A DNA stretch of 64,000 nt from an uncultured Gammaproteobacteria bacterium. GTDB lineage: Bacteria > Pseudomonadota > Gammaproteobacteria > JACCXJ01. Made by a program: the position numbers and the translations under genes. The notes beneath the pieces are model-generated. The model saw only the letters and a program-made list of their open reading frames with translations. It had not been told where the DNA came from and made no database searches. Numbering within the stretch: position 1 is the first letter of the stretch; the number at the start of each line of letters is the position of its first letter. The stretch is taken from contig CAVXTM010000018.1 in assembly GCA_963764725.1 (NCBI GenBank), positions 320,001 to 384,000 of the forward strand. Direction: 5' to 3'. Positions 45,288-54,921 of the stretch are shown here, piece by piece.

Positions 45288-45794
45288 ATGCATTTACCGA
45301 GGTCTACGATGATGATTATCCTCCTGCTAATAGCCCTACTGCCGCACGACGTGTACGCGAAGGAGGTCGTGGGTTGGCTGGAGAGGATCAAGGTCTACCC
45401 CGGAGAGATGATCTTAAAGGCGAAGATCGATACCGGGGCGAAGAACTCCTCCGTCAACGCCCGTAACATCGATGAATTTACCCGCGATGGAGACCCCTGG
45501 ATACGTTTCGAGGTCAGTGATCGGCATGGCCACAAGGTCAAGATCGAACGCCAATTGGAGCGCCGGGCGCGGATCCAGCGGCATTTCGGCAAACTACAAA
45601 CGCGGCCCGTCGTGGTGCTCGGCGTCTGTATGGGCGATATATACAAGGACGTCGAGGTGAATCTGGTCGATCGCAAAGGCTTTCTCTATCCAATGTTGAT
45701 TGGACGAAGCTTTCTTAAGGAGAACATGGTCGTCGACGCGACGCTTACCTATACCCGCGAACCAGTCTGCAAAGGGGTAGGCGGGGGTGGGTAG
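45288..45794 (+). CDS. Retropepsin-like 'ATP-dependent zinc protease' family protein; start uncertain
   Basis: VVGWLE, AKIDTGA, NLVDR..MLIGRSFL. Confidence 0.85.
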   Translation: MHLPRSTMMIILLLIALLPHDVYAKEVVGWLERIKVYPGEMILKAKIDTGAKNSSVNARNIDEFTRDGDPWIRFEVSDRHGHKVKIERQLERRARIQRHFGKLQTRPVVVLGVCMGDIYKDVEVNLVDRKGFLYPMLIGRSFLKENMVVDATLTYTREPVCKGVGGGG

Positions 45795-47319
45795 CCGCCA
45801 TGTTTATATTCTATCATCCCTACTGACGCTCCTCGGCGCGGGTCTTTTTTTATACAAGATCGTAGTCTTGGGTTTCCCGATCGTTCCGGGCGAAAAGTCC
45901 GATTTCTGGGATGTCGAGGTGCGTATCAGCTTCGTCGCGCGCGGCGGCCCGGTGAAGGTGTCGATGTATATTCCGCGGACCTCGCCTCGGCTGGCGGTCG
46001 TGGACGAAAATTTCATCTCCCGGGGCTTCGGTCTCACGACGACGCTCGTCAACGGTAACCGCCAGGCGGCGTGGGCGATCCGCAAGGCGAGCGGACCGCA
46101 GGCGTTGTATTATCGATCCTCGGTTCAGGCACTGGAACCGGCGGAAGAGGAGACCACCGCCAAGAGACCCGAGAGCCAACCGCCGCCCTCCCTCGAAGGT
46201 CCGTATCTCGCGGCGGCGGAAACCCTGCTGAAATCCGTGCGTGAGCAATCCGCCGACCTCGATACGATGGTCGCACAACTGATCAAGCATCTGTGGGAAC
46301 CGCACAATGACAGCAACGCGGCGCTGCTCACCGGTCCGCGGCCCGATCGCGACCGCATTGCGGAGGCGGCGCTGCGCGTGCTGGCGCTCGCCCAGGTCCC
46401 GGCGCGCCTGCTGCAGGGCGTTAGGCTCACGCTCCAAAGCGGCGAAGCACCGATATTGTCATGGTTGCAGGTCTACGCCGAGGGGCGATGGAACTCCTTT
46501 GATCTCGGCACGGGCGAGACCGGGTTACCGAGCGATTACCTAGTATTCGCGATCGGGCGGGAACCTCTGGTCAAGGTAAAGGGGGGGGGCAAGGTTCACT
46601 ACACGATCGCAGTCCGGCGCACCGAGGCGGGCGGCCTCGAGGCCGCGGCCTTACGAGGCCGCATCGTCAATCCTCGACTCCTGGAATTCTCCTTGCTGAG
46701 CCTGCCGATGCAGACTCAGAGTGTCTACCGGGTTTTGCTTGCGGTGCCGGTGGGCGCCTTTCTATTGCTGATTATGCGCAATATCGTGGGGATCAAGACC
46801 TTCGGCACCTTCATGCCGGTGCTCATCGGGCTCGCCTTCCGGGAGACGCAATTGCTTTGGGGATTGGTCCTGTTCTGCGCCGTGGTGGCCTTGGGTCTCA
46901 GCGTGCGATTCTATTTCGAACGCCTGCAGCTGCTGCTGGTCCCGCGGCTCGCGGCGGTGCTGATCGTGGTGGTGTTGCTCATGGCGGCGCTCAGTATTGT
47001 CAGCCACCATCTGGGCCTGGAACGCGGGCTGTCGGTGGCCTTGTTCCCGATGGTGATCATGACCATGACCATCGAACGCATGTCGATTGTATGGGAAGAG
47101 CGTGGACCGGCCGAGGCGATTCAGCAAGGTCTCGGCAGTCTGATCGTAGCGGCCTTGGCTTACCTAGCGATGGCTGCCGCCTACACCGAGCACCTGATGT
47201 TTGTGTTTCCGGAGTTGCTGCTCGTGCTCCTCGCGGGATCGCTGCTTTTGGGTAAATACACAGGTTATCGTCTCGTTGAGTTAAGGCGCTTCAAGGCCCT
47301 CGCCTCGCCGCGGCCATGA
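45787..47319 (+). CDS. Inactive transglutaminase fused to 7TM domain
   Basis: ENFISRGFG, GIKTFGTFMPVLI, LFPMVIMTMTIER, YTGYRL. Confidence 0.88.
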   Translation: MGSRHVYILSSLLTLLGAGLFLYKIVVLGFPIVPGEKSDFWDVEVRISFVARGGPVKVSMYIPRTSPRLAVVDENFISRGFGLTTTLVNGNRQAAWAIRKASGPQALYYRSSVQALEPAEEETTAKRPESQPPPSLEGPYLAAAETLLKSVREQSADLDTMVAQLIKHLWEPHNDSNAALLTGPRPDRDRIAEAALRVLALAQVPARLLQGVRLTLQSGEAPILSWLQVYAEGRWNSFDLGTGETGLPSDYLVFAIGREPLVKVKGGGKVHYTIAVRRTEAGGLEAAALRGRIVNPRLLEFSLLSLPMQTQSVYRVLLAVPVGAFLLLIMRNIVGIKTFGTFMPVLIGLAFRETQLLWGLVLFCAVVALGLSVRFYFERLQLLLVPRLAAVLIVVVLLMAALSIVSHHLGLERGLSVALFPMVIMTMTIERMSIVWEERGPAEAIQQGLGSLIVAALAYLAMAAAYTEHLMFVFPELLLVLLAGSLLLGKYTGYRLVELRRFKALASPRP

Positions 47320-48266
47320 TATTCGGCACCGTTCGGCGCCTGCGGGAGGCGGGCGTGCTGGGGCTCAACGAGCGCAATAACCGCTACACGCTGGCGTACA
47401 ACCCGCGGCATCTCTATCCCTTGGTCGATGACAAGCTCCGGACCAAGCAACTGGCCTTGAAGGCCGGGCTTTCCGTACCAGAGCTCTACGGCGTGATTGA
47501 GATCGAACACCAGATCGAAGATATCCATGACGCCCTCGCAGGGCATTGGCAATTCGTGATCAAACCCGCCCAAGGCAGCGGCGGAGACGGCGTGCTGGTC
47601 GTAGCTGGACGGGCCAAAAACATGTACCGATTGGTGAGCGGCGTCATCATGGACCGGTCCCAGCTAGCCCATTACGCATCGAACATACTGAGCGGTCTCT
47701 TCAGCCTCGGCGGTCACCCCGACAAGGCCTTGATCGAATACCGCGTGCAGTTCGACCCCTTGTTCGGGGCCATCAGCTACCAGGGCGTTCCGGATATCCG
47801 CATCGTGGTGTTTCAGGGCTTCCCGGTCATGGCCATGGTGCGCCTACCCACGCGCCTCTCCGACGGCAAGGCCAATTTGCATAAGGGCGCCATCGGCGCC
47901 GGCGTGGATATCGCGACCGGGCGCACCCTGACTGCGGTGTGGCGCAACGAGGTCGTGACCGAGCACCCCGACACCGGCAATCCCGTCACCGGGCTCCAAA
48001 TCCCGCACTGGGATCGGCTGCTCGGGATCGCGGCCCAAGCCTATGATCTCACGGGCCTGGGTTATGTGGGGGTCGATATTGTGCTCGATCGCGACAAGGG
48101 ACCCTTGCTCTTGGAGCTGAACGCACGTCCGGGTCTCAACATCCAGATCGCCAATCGCGCGGGTCTCCTTCCTAGGCTACAACTCATCGAGCGGATCGCC
48201 GCTCGGACTTATGCCGTGGAAGAACGCGTCGCGTTTGCGAAAGACCGTATGGCGGCGCGAGCATGA
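47316..48266 (+). CDS. Alpha-L-glutamate ligase-like ATP-grasp protein
   Basis: YPLVDDKL, FVIKPAQGSGG, GVPDIR, ANLHKG, LELNARPGL. Confidence 0.9.
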   Translation: MIFGTVRRLREAGVLGLNERNNRYTLAYNPRHLYPLVDDKLRTKQLALKAGLSVPELYGVIEIEHQIEDIHDALAGHWQFVIKPAQGSGGDGVLVVAGRAKNMYRLVSGVIMDRSQLAHYASNILSGLFSLGGHPDKALIEYRVQFDPLFGAISYQGVPDIRIVVFQGFPVMAMVRLPTRLSDGKANLHKGAIGAGVDIATGRTLTAVWRNEVVTEHPDTGNPVTGLQIPHWDRLLGIAAQAYDLTGLGYVGVDIVLDRDKGPLLLELNARPGLNIQIANRAGLLPRLQLIERIAARTYAVEERVAFAKDRMAARA

Positions 48267-48325
48267 CTTTGGCGATCTGACGGACAGCATGCCAGTTGGG
48301 CATCGACGCGAGACGTGATTCGGCT

Positions 48326-48397
48326 GAGCCAGACATCGATTTTGATGTTATCTTAGCACGGTGGTTTGGCAGCCGGACTAAAAGAAATCGGGAGGGC
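48326..48397. repeat. ~70-bp duplicate of fadE upstream region (copy 1)
   Basis: ATCGATTTTGATGTTATCTTAGCACG..GGCAGCCGG..GGGAGGGC also at 49930-49999. Confidence 0.88.
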
Positions 48398-48528
48398 CGC
48401 GAGCGTCCCACGCGCCGTTCGATGATCTTTCATCTTGTGCGATGTGCAACGGCGCGCACAGTACGCCCTACATACTGCAGTACTGTTCCTTTCGACGAAA
48501 ACGGGCGTTTATTTTCCTTATGCCCCGT

Positions 48529-49827
48529 TCACGGGAAGTAGATGCGTAGTCCGAATTCCAATAGCACCGCGTTGTTTTCGATGGTTACAGTGCGTTCGCC
48601 TAAGGTAGCATCGCTAGCGAAGGGGACGGTATATCTCGCCTCCAGGTTGAGGGCAACATTCTCGGCCAAGAAATAATCGACCCCGGCCCCAAAAGAGCCC
48701 ACCGGACCATTTGATGTAGTCTTGTCAATAGGAAAGGTTGTCTCTGGGTGGCCAGGGTTGTTGACATTGGTCCAGCCCAAACCGGCACCTGCGATGGCAT
48801 AGGGGACAAAGCGGTCGTCCAGGAGAGGATAGCGCCATCGCAGCTGGATAAGAACATTCCATAAGGCATATTCCGCGACCTCGCCAAAGCCGGCCGCGCC
48901 CAGGTTGGTCTCGTACTGCTCGCCCGTCAGTTCTATGCCCCAATGTTTACTGAGATTAACGCCGACCGCACCGCTCCAGTCCAGAACCGTGTTATCCAGA
49001 ATTTCAAGCGCCGCGGGCGAGCCGGTATTGGTAAAGAAGGCGCCCCCGGTGCGCAGGACCACGTAAGCGCGCCACCGATCGCTGTCAGCCGCACGGGGTA
49101 CTTGCTCGGTTGCCCCGCCGAGGCCGTCGAAGAACAACCGTATACCAGCGGACAAGAGCGTATTCTCAAGGTCGAGGTCTTTATTCTGGCCGGAAACGAC
49201 GACGTCGTTCTCAAATCCAACTATGTGCTTTAGTTCAACGTCAAGCGCCAGGTTGCGCGCGACAAAGTACTCCAAACCCATGCCCACAGCGCCTATTAAC
49301 GAGGTTTCTAGAGCCCCTCCGAACGGAACATCAAATTCCCTTTCGCGGTCGTTGAATTCACCGATGCCGAGGCCCACGCCTGCTACGAGATAGGGCACAA
49401 GCCTGTCGCCGAGCAGGGGATAACGAAGCCGTACCTGTCCGAGGACCTGCCATATCGCGTATTCCCCTATTCTTTCGTTAGCGGATCCGTTCAGGTCTAA
49501 GGCATTCACGGCGGTCTCAATGTAATCAACGTCAAGTTCCATGCCCCAGTATCTATTCAAGTTCGCACCGAAGGCAAAGTGCTGAAATGGCCACTGAGAG
49601 GGATTTTCAAGCTCGAACCCTGGCACGGAATCCGGGTTAGAGAAATGGCCACCACCCAAGCGCAATGCAAAGTACGGTCGAACCTTATTGGAATCGGCGG
49701 CGTGAGAGCTGCCGCTGGCCAAGACAGAGACGTAAATTAAAACCGCCAGTGAGAAAAACTTACGGTAAAGGGGGCGGGACAACTTTGGGAACAGGACAAT
49801 CGGGAGGAACCTACGAGCCAAAGTCAC
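48529..49827 (-). CDS. Outer membrane protein with two tandem 8-stranded beta-barrel domains
   Basis: Two homologous halves (WGMEL..EYAIW..RYPLLGDRLVPY / WGIEL..EYALW..RYPLLDDRFVPY), ending GIRLFF and GLRIYF. Confidence 0.82.
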   Translation of the reverse strand: MTLARRFLPIVLFPKLSRPLYRKFFSLAVLIYVSVLASGSSHAADSNKVRPYFALRLGGGHFSNPDSVPGFELENPSQWPFQHFAFGANLNRYWGMELDVDYIETAVNALDLNGSANERIGEYAIWQVLGQVRLRYPLLGDRLVPYLVAGVGLGIGEFNDREREFDVPFGGALETSLIGAVGMGLEYFVARNLALDVELKHIVGFENDVVVSGQNKDLDLENTLLSAGIRLFFDGLGGATEQVPRAADSDRWRAYVVLRTGGAFFTNTGSPAALEILDNTVLDWSGAVGVNLSKHWGIELTGEQYETNLGAAGFGEVAEYALWNVLIQLRWRYPLLDDRFVPYAIAGAGLGWTNVNNPGHPETTFPIDKTTSNGPVGSFGAGVDYFLAENVALNLEARYTVPFASDATLGERTVTIENNAVLLEFGLRIYFP

Positions 49828-49929
49828 TCCACGAAACTACAGTAGAGGGCCTTGTAAGTCAAACGACCGTATTTTTTACCGTTCTCAGGGCCGCAGGGCT
49901 GAGCGTCTTGATCCTGCTGCACTTGCCCC

Positions 49930-49999
49930 GAGCCGGAGATCGATTTTGATGTTATCTTAGCACGTGGTTCGGCAGCCGGGCTAAAGAAACTGGGAGGGC
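49930..49999. repeat. fadE upstream region (copy 2, native)
   Basis: Ends at the GGGAGG RBS region just before fadE ATG 50002. Confidence 0.88.
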
Positions 50000-50001
50000 A
50001 G

Positions 50002-52443
50002 ATGACCACGTTACTATTCCTTCTAGCCGTGATCGGGGGTTTCGGCGCCCTCGCCTATTTCGCCGCGCCCTTGTGGGCGTGGACGGCGGGCCTGGGCTTG
50101 GTCGTCGCGCTGGCTTCCTTGCAGCTCCCGGAGTTCCTAGTCGCGGTACTCTGGCTATTATGGCTATCCGTCGCCCTGGCGAATATTACCCTCGTGCGCC
50201 GTTATCTCTATAGCGCGCCGTTGCTGCGTCTGTACCGCCACAAGCTCCCGGCGATGTCCACGACGGAACGCGAGGCGCTCGAGGCCGGTAATGTCTGGTG
50301 GGACGCCGAGCTGTTCTCTGGCCGGCCCGAATGGCAGCGGTTGCTGGAGTTACCGAAACCCTCCTTGACGCCCGAAGAGCAGGCTTTCCTCGATGGCCCG
50401 GTCGACAAGCTTTGCCGCAGGATTGATGACTGGCAGATAACCTATGAGCTGCACGATTTGCCGCCTGACATATGGGAGTTTGTCAAAGCGCACCGCTTCC
50501 TCGGCATGATCATCCCCAAGGACTACGGCGGGCTCGGGTTCTCGGCGCAAGCCCACTCCGCGGTGGTCGCCAAGGTCGCATCGCGCAGCGGCAGCACGGC
50601 GGTCACGGTGATGGTGCCGAACTCGCTCGGACCGGCGGAGCTCCTCATGCATTACGGTACCGAGGCTCAGAAAAACTATTACTTACCCCGGCTCGCCGAA
50701 GGCCGGGAGATCCCGTGCTTCGCCTTGACCAGTCCCTACGCCGGCTCGGACGCCTCGGCCATCCCCGACCGCGGCGTGGTCTGCCAGGGCGAATACCAAG
50801 GGCAAAGCGTCCTCGGAATTCGCGTCACCTGGGAAAAACGCTATATCACGTTAGCGCCCGTGGCGACGGTCTTGGGCCTCGCTTTTCAGCTCTACGATCC
50901 GGAACATCTGGTGGGAACCAAGGACAATGTGGGCATCACGCTGGCGCTAATTCCCACGAACCATCCCGGGGTCCGCATCGGCCGCCGGCACTTTCCGCTC
51001 AAGCTGGCGTTTCAGAACGGCCCGACCGCAGGGGAGGACGTGTTCATCCCGATGGACATGGTCATCGGCGGCCGCGAACGGCTCGGCCAAGGCTGGCGCA
51101 TGCTGATGCAGCGGCTGGCCGTGGGACGCTCCATCTCCCTGCCGGCCCTCGCCGCCGCTGCGGTCAAATATTGTGCTCGCTACGCCGGGGCTTACGCCAG
51201 GGTGCGCAAGCAATTCAAGCTGCCGATCGGCCGCTTCGAAGGAATCGAGGAACGCTTGGCGCATATCGCCGCCGAGGCCTATGCGGTCGAGTCGGCGCGC
51301 CGGATCACGGCCGTGGCCTTGGATCATGGCCAAGAGCCGGCGGTGGTTTCGGCGATCCTGAAATACCAGGCCACCGAACGCCAACGGCGTGTCGTCAACG
51401 ACGCCATGGACATTCTCGGCGGCCGGGCTATTTGCGAGGGCCCGAGTAACTACATGGCTAATATGTACCAAGGCGTGCCGGTCTCTATCACGGTCGAGGG
51501 CGCTAATATTCTCACCCGCAGCCTCATCGTGTTCGGCCAGGGCGCCATTCGCTGCCATCCCTGGTTATATAAGGAGATCCAGGCCGCCTTGGAATCCGAT
51601 CAGCAGGCTGGGCTCGCCGCCTTCGACGAGGCGCTCGCAGGCCATCTTGGTTTCTTGCTGCGGAATCTGGCTCAGGCGTTCGTGCATAATCTCACCCGCG
51701 CCCGCTCGGTGACAACACCGGAGGCGGGACCGGCCGGCCGTTGGTATGCGGAGCTCGGCCGTCTCAGCGCGAGCTTCGCGCTCAGCGCGGATATCGCGCT
51801 GCTGTTGCTCGGCGGCGAGCTCAAACGCCGCGAGCATCTTTCCGGACGCTTCGCGGACATTCTCGCCGAGATGTATTTTCTAAGCTGCGTTCTCAAACGT
51901 TTCGAGGACGAGGGCCGACAAGCCGGCGATCGACCCTTGGTCGAGTCTATCGGTGCCGCTGCCGTCGCCATCATCGAACAGCGGCTCGCGGAAATCCTGG
52001 CGAATTTCCCATCGCGCCCTCTGGGTTGGTTGTTACGCCGCATCGTGTTCCCTTGGGGACGGCAGAGCCGGCCGGCCGACGATCGGCTCACGCACCAAAC
52101 GGCCGCGTTGCTACTCGAAGCCTCCCCCGCGCGCGACAGACTGACGGCCGGCATCTTCGTAAGCCGTGCGCCCGACGATATCACCGGCCGTATCGAGCAT
52201 GCCTTCGAGATGGTTCCGAACGCGGAAAGTATCGAGGCACGCATCAAGGCCGCAATCAAGAGTGGCGCCATCAAAGTGACCGATGAGCACTCGGCCCGCG
52301 CCGAGGCCCTGAACGCGGGGATCGTCTCGGCGGAAGACATGCAATTGCTCGAAGCTTGGGATCGGGCGGTACGCGCGGCGATCGATGTCAACGATTTCGC
52401 GCCCGAGGCGTTGGCGCCCTTGGCTCAAGCGGCGCGCGGATGA
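50002..52443 (+). CDS. fadE: Acyl-CoA dehydrogenase (FadE type)
   Basis: MSTTEREALEAG, VMVPNSLGPAELL, CFALTSPYAGSDA, ITVEGANILTR. Confidence 0.93.
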   Translation: MTTLLFLLAVIGGFGALAYFAAPLWAWTAGLGLVVALASLQLPEFLVAVLWLLWLSVALANITLVRRYLYSAPLLRLYRHKLPAMSTTEREALEAGNVWWDAELFSGRPEWQRLLELPKPSLTPEEQAFLDGPVDKLCRRIDDWQITYELHDLPPDIWEFVKAHRFLGMIIPKDYGGLGFSAQAHSAVVAKVASRSGSTAVTVMVPNSLGPAELLMHYGTEAQKNYYLPRLAEGREIPCFALTSPYAGSDASAIPDRGVVCQGEYQGQSVLGIRVTWEKRYITLAPVATVLGLAFQLYDPEHLVGTKDNVGITLALIPTNHPGVRIGRRHFPLKLAFQNGPTAGEDVFIPMDMVIGGRERLGQGWRMLMQRLAVGRSISLPALAAAAVKYCARYAGAYARVRKQFKLPIGRFEGIEERLAHIAAEAYAVESARRITAVALDHGQEPAVVSAILKYQATERQRRVVNDAMDILGGRAICEGPSNYMANMYQGVPVSITVEGANILTRSLIVFGQGAIRCHPWLYKEIQAALESDQQAGLAAFDEALAGHLGFLLRNLAQAFVHNLTRARSVTTPEAGPAGRWYAELGRLSASFALSADIALLLLGGELKRREHLSGRFADILAEMYFLSCVLKRFEDEGRQAGDRPLVESIGAAAVAIIEQRLAEILANFPSRPLGWLLRRIVFPWGRQSRPADDRLTHQTAALLLEASPARDRLTAGIFVSRAPDDITGRIEHAFEMVPNAESIEARIKAAIKSGAIKVTDEHSARAEALNAGIVSAEDMQLLEAWDRAVRAAIDVNDFAPEALAPLAQAARG

Positions 52444-52564
52444 GCCGCACCCGTGGTCAAGATTTTCGCCGCCATCGGGTATGAAATCTCCGACCGCAAG
52501 ACCACGGGAATCAAATTTACTTCGCGGGCGGGACATTCAGAATAAAAAATAAAAGGTCTCATGC

Positions 52565-53764
52565 ATGTTGACTGGTTTTATAACGCTTCCTTGGTGGGGC
52601 TACGTGCTGGTCACCTTGGGGTTGACGCACATAACAATCGTATCGGTGACCATTTTTTTGCACCGCCACCAAGCCCATCGAGCATTGGACTTGCATCCAG
52701 CCGTTGCGCATTTCTTCCGCCTCTGGCTTTTTTTGACCACCGGGATGGCCACGAAGACCTGGGTCGCGGTGCACCGCAAGCACCATGCGTTTGTGGAAAC
52801 TCCCGACGATCCTCACAGCCCGCACAATTTGGGCATAAGAAAGCTGCTGTCGAGCGGCGCCGAAGCGTATGGGGAAGCGTATACGCGACATCCCGAAATT
52901 CTCGCGATCTATGGACACGGCACCCCCGACGACTGGTTGGAAAGGTACGTCTACGGCCGCACGTATAGCAGTTGGCTCGGGGTCGTCCTATTCGGAATAG
53001 CTTATGTCCTTGCGTTTGGACCCATCGGCCTCACGATGTGGGCGATACACATGATGTGGATCCCGTTCTTTGCCGCCGGGGTCATCAATGGCATGGGTCA
53101 TTATTGGGGCTACCGCAATCATGCCTGCCCCGATGCTTCCACGAATTTAATTCCCTGGGGTATCCTGATCGGTGGAGAAGAATTGCATAACAATCATCAT
53201 GCCTACGCCAGTTCCGCGAGGTTTTCCACCCAACCGTGGGAATTCGACATCGGTTGGTGGTATATCCGCGCACTGCGTGCGCTCGGCCTCGCACGCGTGA
53301 AGAAAATTGCGCCCCGCTTGTATCGGGATCCTCAGAAATCGCTGATCGATGAGGACACCGTGCGAGCGGTAGCAAGCTGCCGCTTGCAAGTGCTTTCCGA
53401 CTTTAACAAGCACGCCTTCGAGCCAGTATACCGAGAACAATGCGAACCGGACGATCCAACGCACCGTTCCAGACGGTTTCTCACGCGCTCGCGGCGTCCG
53501 ATGGATACCGATGTTCAGCAACGCCTTAGGCAGGGACTCCGGAACAGCGCGATGCTCGCAAAGGTTCATCACTTTCAAACGCGCTTGCAAACCATCGCAG
53601 AGGAAACGCCCGTCTCGTCGGAGCAACAGCGGCAACTTCAAGACTGGCACCAGCAAGCAAAAACGAGCGGCGTTGCGGCGCTCGAGCAATTTTCCGAGAT
53701 CTTGCTGAGCTATTCCTTGCAATCGGGCACAGCTCAGGTCATCCGCCGGCCGCTTACTTCGTGA
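52565..53764 (+). CDS. Acyl-CoA (delta-9 type) fatty acid desaturase
   Basis: His boxes HRHQAH, HRKHH, HNNHH. Confidence 0.92.
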   Translation: MLTGFITLPWWGYVLVTLGLTHITIVSVTIFLHRHQAHRALDLHPAVAHFFRLWLFLTTGMATKTWVAVHRKHHAFVETPDDPHSPHNLGIRKLLSSGAEAYGEAYTRHPEILAIYGHGTPDDWLERYVYGRTYSSWLGVVLFGIAYVLAFGPIGLTMWAIHMMWIPFFAAGVINGMGHYWGYRNHACPDASTNLIPWGILIGGEELHNNHHAYASSARFSTQPWEFDIGWWYIRALRALGLARVKKIAPRLYRDPQKSLIDEDTVRAVASCRLQVLSDFNKHAFEPVYREQCEPDDPTHRSRRFLTRSRRPMDTDVQQRLRQGLRNSAMLAKVHHFQTRLQTIAEETPVSSEQQRQLQDWHQQAKTSGVAALEQFSEILLSYSLQSGTAQVIRRPLTS

Positions 53765-53812
53765 TGCGAATCGGGTTATAGTTACAGCATCACGATGTCG
53801 GGAGGACGCGCG

Positions 53813-54280
53813 ATGCTGACTCGCTCTTGCACTTCTCGTGGAACGTTATTGTGGGTGACGCTGGGTGTGGCTTTGGCTTCGCCCGGCCTCCTGGCCGAGA
53901 TGTACAAATGGGTCGATGATGAGGGACAGGTGCAATACTCGCAGTCGCCGCCTCCGGGCCGGCCGGCTCAGACCATCAAACCTCCTCCGAAGGTGGACTC
54001 CAAGGCCGCCCGCGAGAAACTCGAGCAACAACTACAGGACTTCGAGGTGCGCAGCGACAAACGGCAAGAGCAAGCGGAGGCCGATCAGAAGACCAAAGAA
54101 CAAGCGGGTGAACGCAAGGGGGCTTGCGAAACGGCGCGCGAGCGCTTAGCGAAGCTTGAGGGCAAGCCTAGGATCCTGCTATACGCGGAAGACGGAAGCA
54201 GCAAACGTCTCAGCGAGGAAGAGCACCAGGCGGCTATTGCCGAGGCTCGCAAGGAGATCGAGAAACATTGTGCGCCTTGA
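53813..54280 (+). CDS. DUF4124-like secreted protein
   Basis: Signal peptide then MYKWVDDEGQVQYSQSPP. Confidence 0.85.
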   Translation: MLTRSCTSRGTLLWVTLGVALASPGLLAEMYKWVDDEGQVQYSQSPPPGRPAQTIKPPPKVDSKAAREKLEQQLQDFEVRSDKRQEQAEADQKTKEQAGERKGACETARERLAKLEGKPRILLYAEDGSSKRLSEEEHQAAIAEARKEIEKHCAP

Positions 54281-54391
54281 TCGCATTCTCGCAGTGATCG
54301 CTGGCGAGTCCCCCCAAGTCTCCTAAGAAAATCTGATTATCCGTCGTGAACGGTTGCGGATGCAACGCGCAGCAGGTTTATCAGATTTTTC

Positions 54392-54832
54392 CTAATTAAC
54401 CTCATCGGTGTCCACCTGGCCGGAGAGCCGCCGGTGGATGTGCGACCAGGACATCCCCACCGCCAGGACCGCACTGGTGATAATCAGCACCAAATGGGTC
54501 ATCGTCCGCAGGTTGCTGGCCGAAAACAACTCCCATTCGATCATTAACCAGATCAAACCCGCGCAAAACGCGACGGCCAGCACCACGCCAACGATCCCCA
54601 ATGACCGCCGAGTCGCCTGGAGAAATACGACCCAGCCGATGAGCAGAACGACACCGGCAAGGAATTTCAACGGGGCCGGAGCACCTCCTGGCATCTCGGA
54701 GCCACCGAAAACGGGAAAGAGCGCCCAGTGATAGAAAGAATAGCCCTCGGGGTTGTAGGTCGCGTACACCAGCGCGGCCGCGCCCAAGAACCGAAATAGC
54801 AAGCCCCACCACGTGAATTGTTCCGTTTTCAT
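54392..54832 (-). CDS. Conserved membrane protein (DUF6524-like)
   Basis: TYNPEGYSFYHW, GMSWSHIHRRLSGQVD, 4 TM. Confidence 0.75.
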   Translation of the reverse strand: MKTEQFTWWGLLFRFLGAAALVYATYNPEGYSFYHWALFPVFGGSEMPGGAPAPLKFLAGVVLLIGWVVFLQATRRSLGIVGVVLAVAFCAGLIWLMIEWELFSASNLRTMTHLVLIITSAVLAVGMSWSHIHRRLSGQVDTDEVN

Positions 54833-54921
54833 GCACTCTCCACGATAGTTTGCGTCGCTACGCGGCCTCCGTAGCACCGTGTGCGAAGCTTATGAGGGTT
54901 TCAAGACCTTCGCAATGACCC

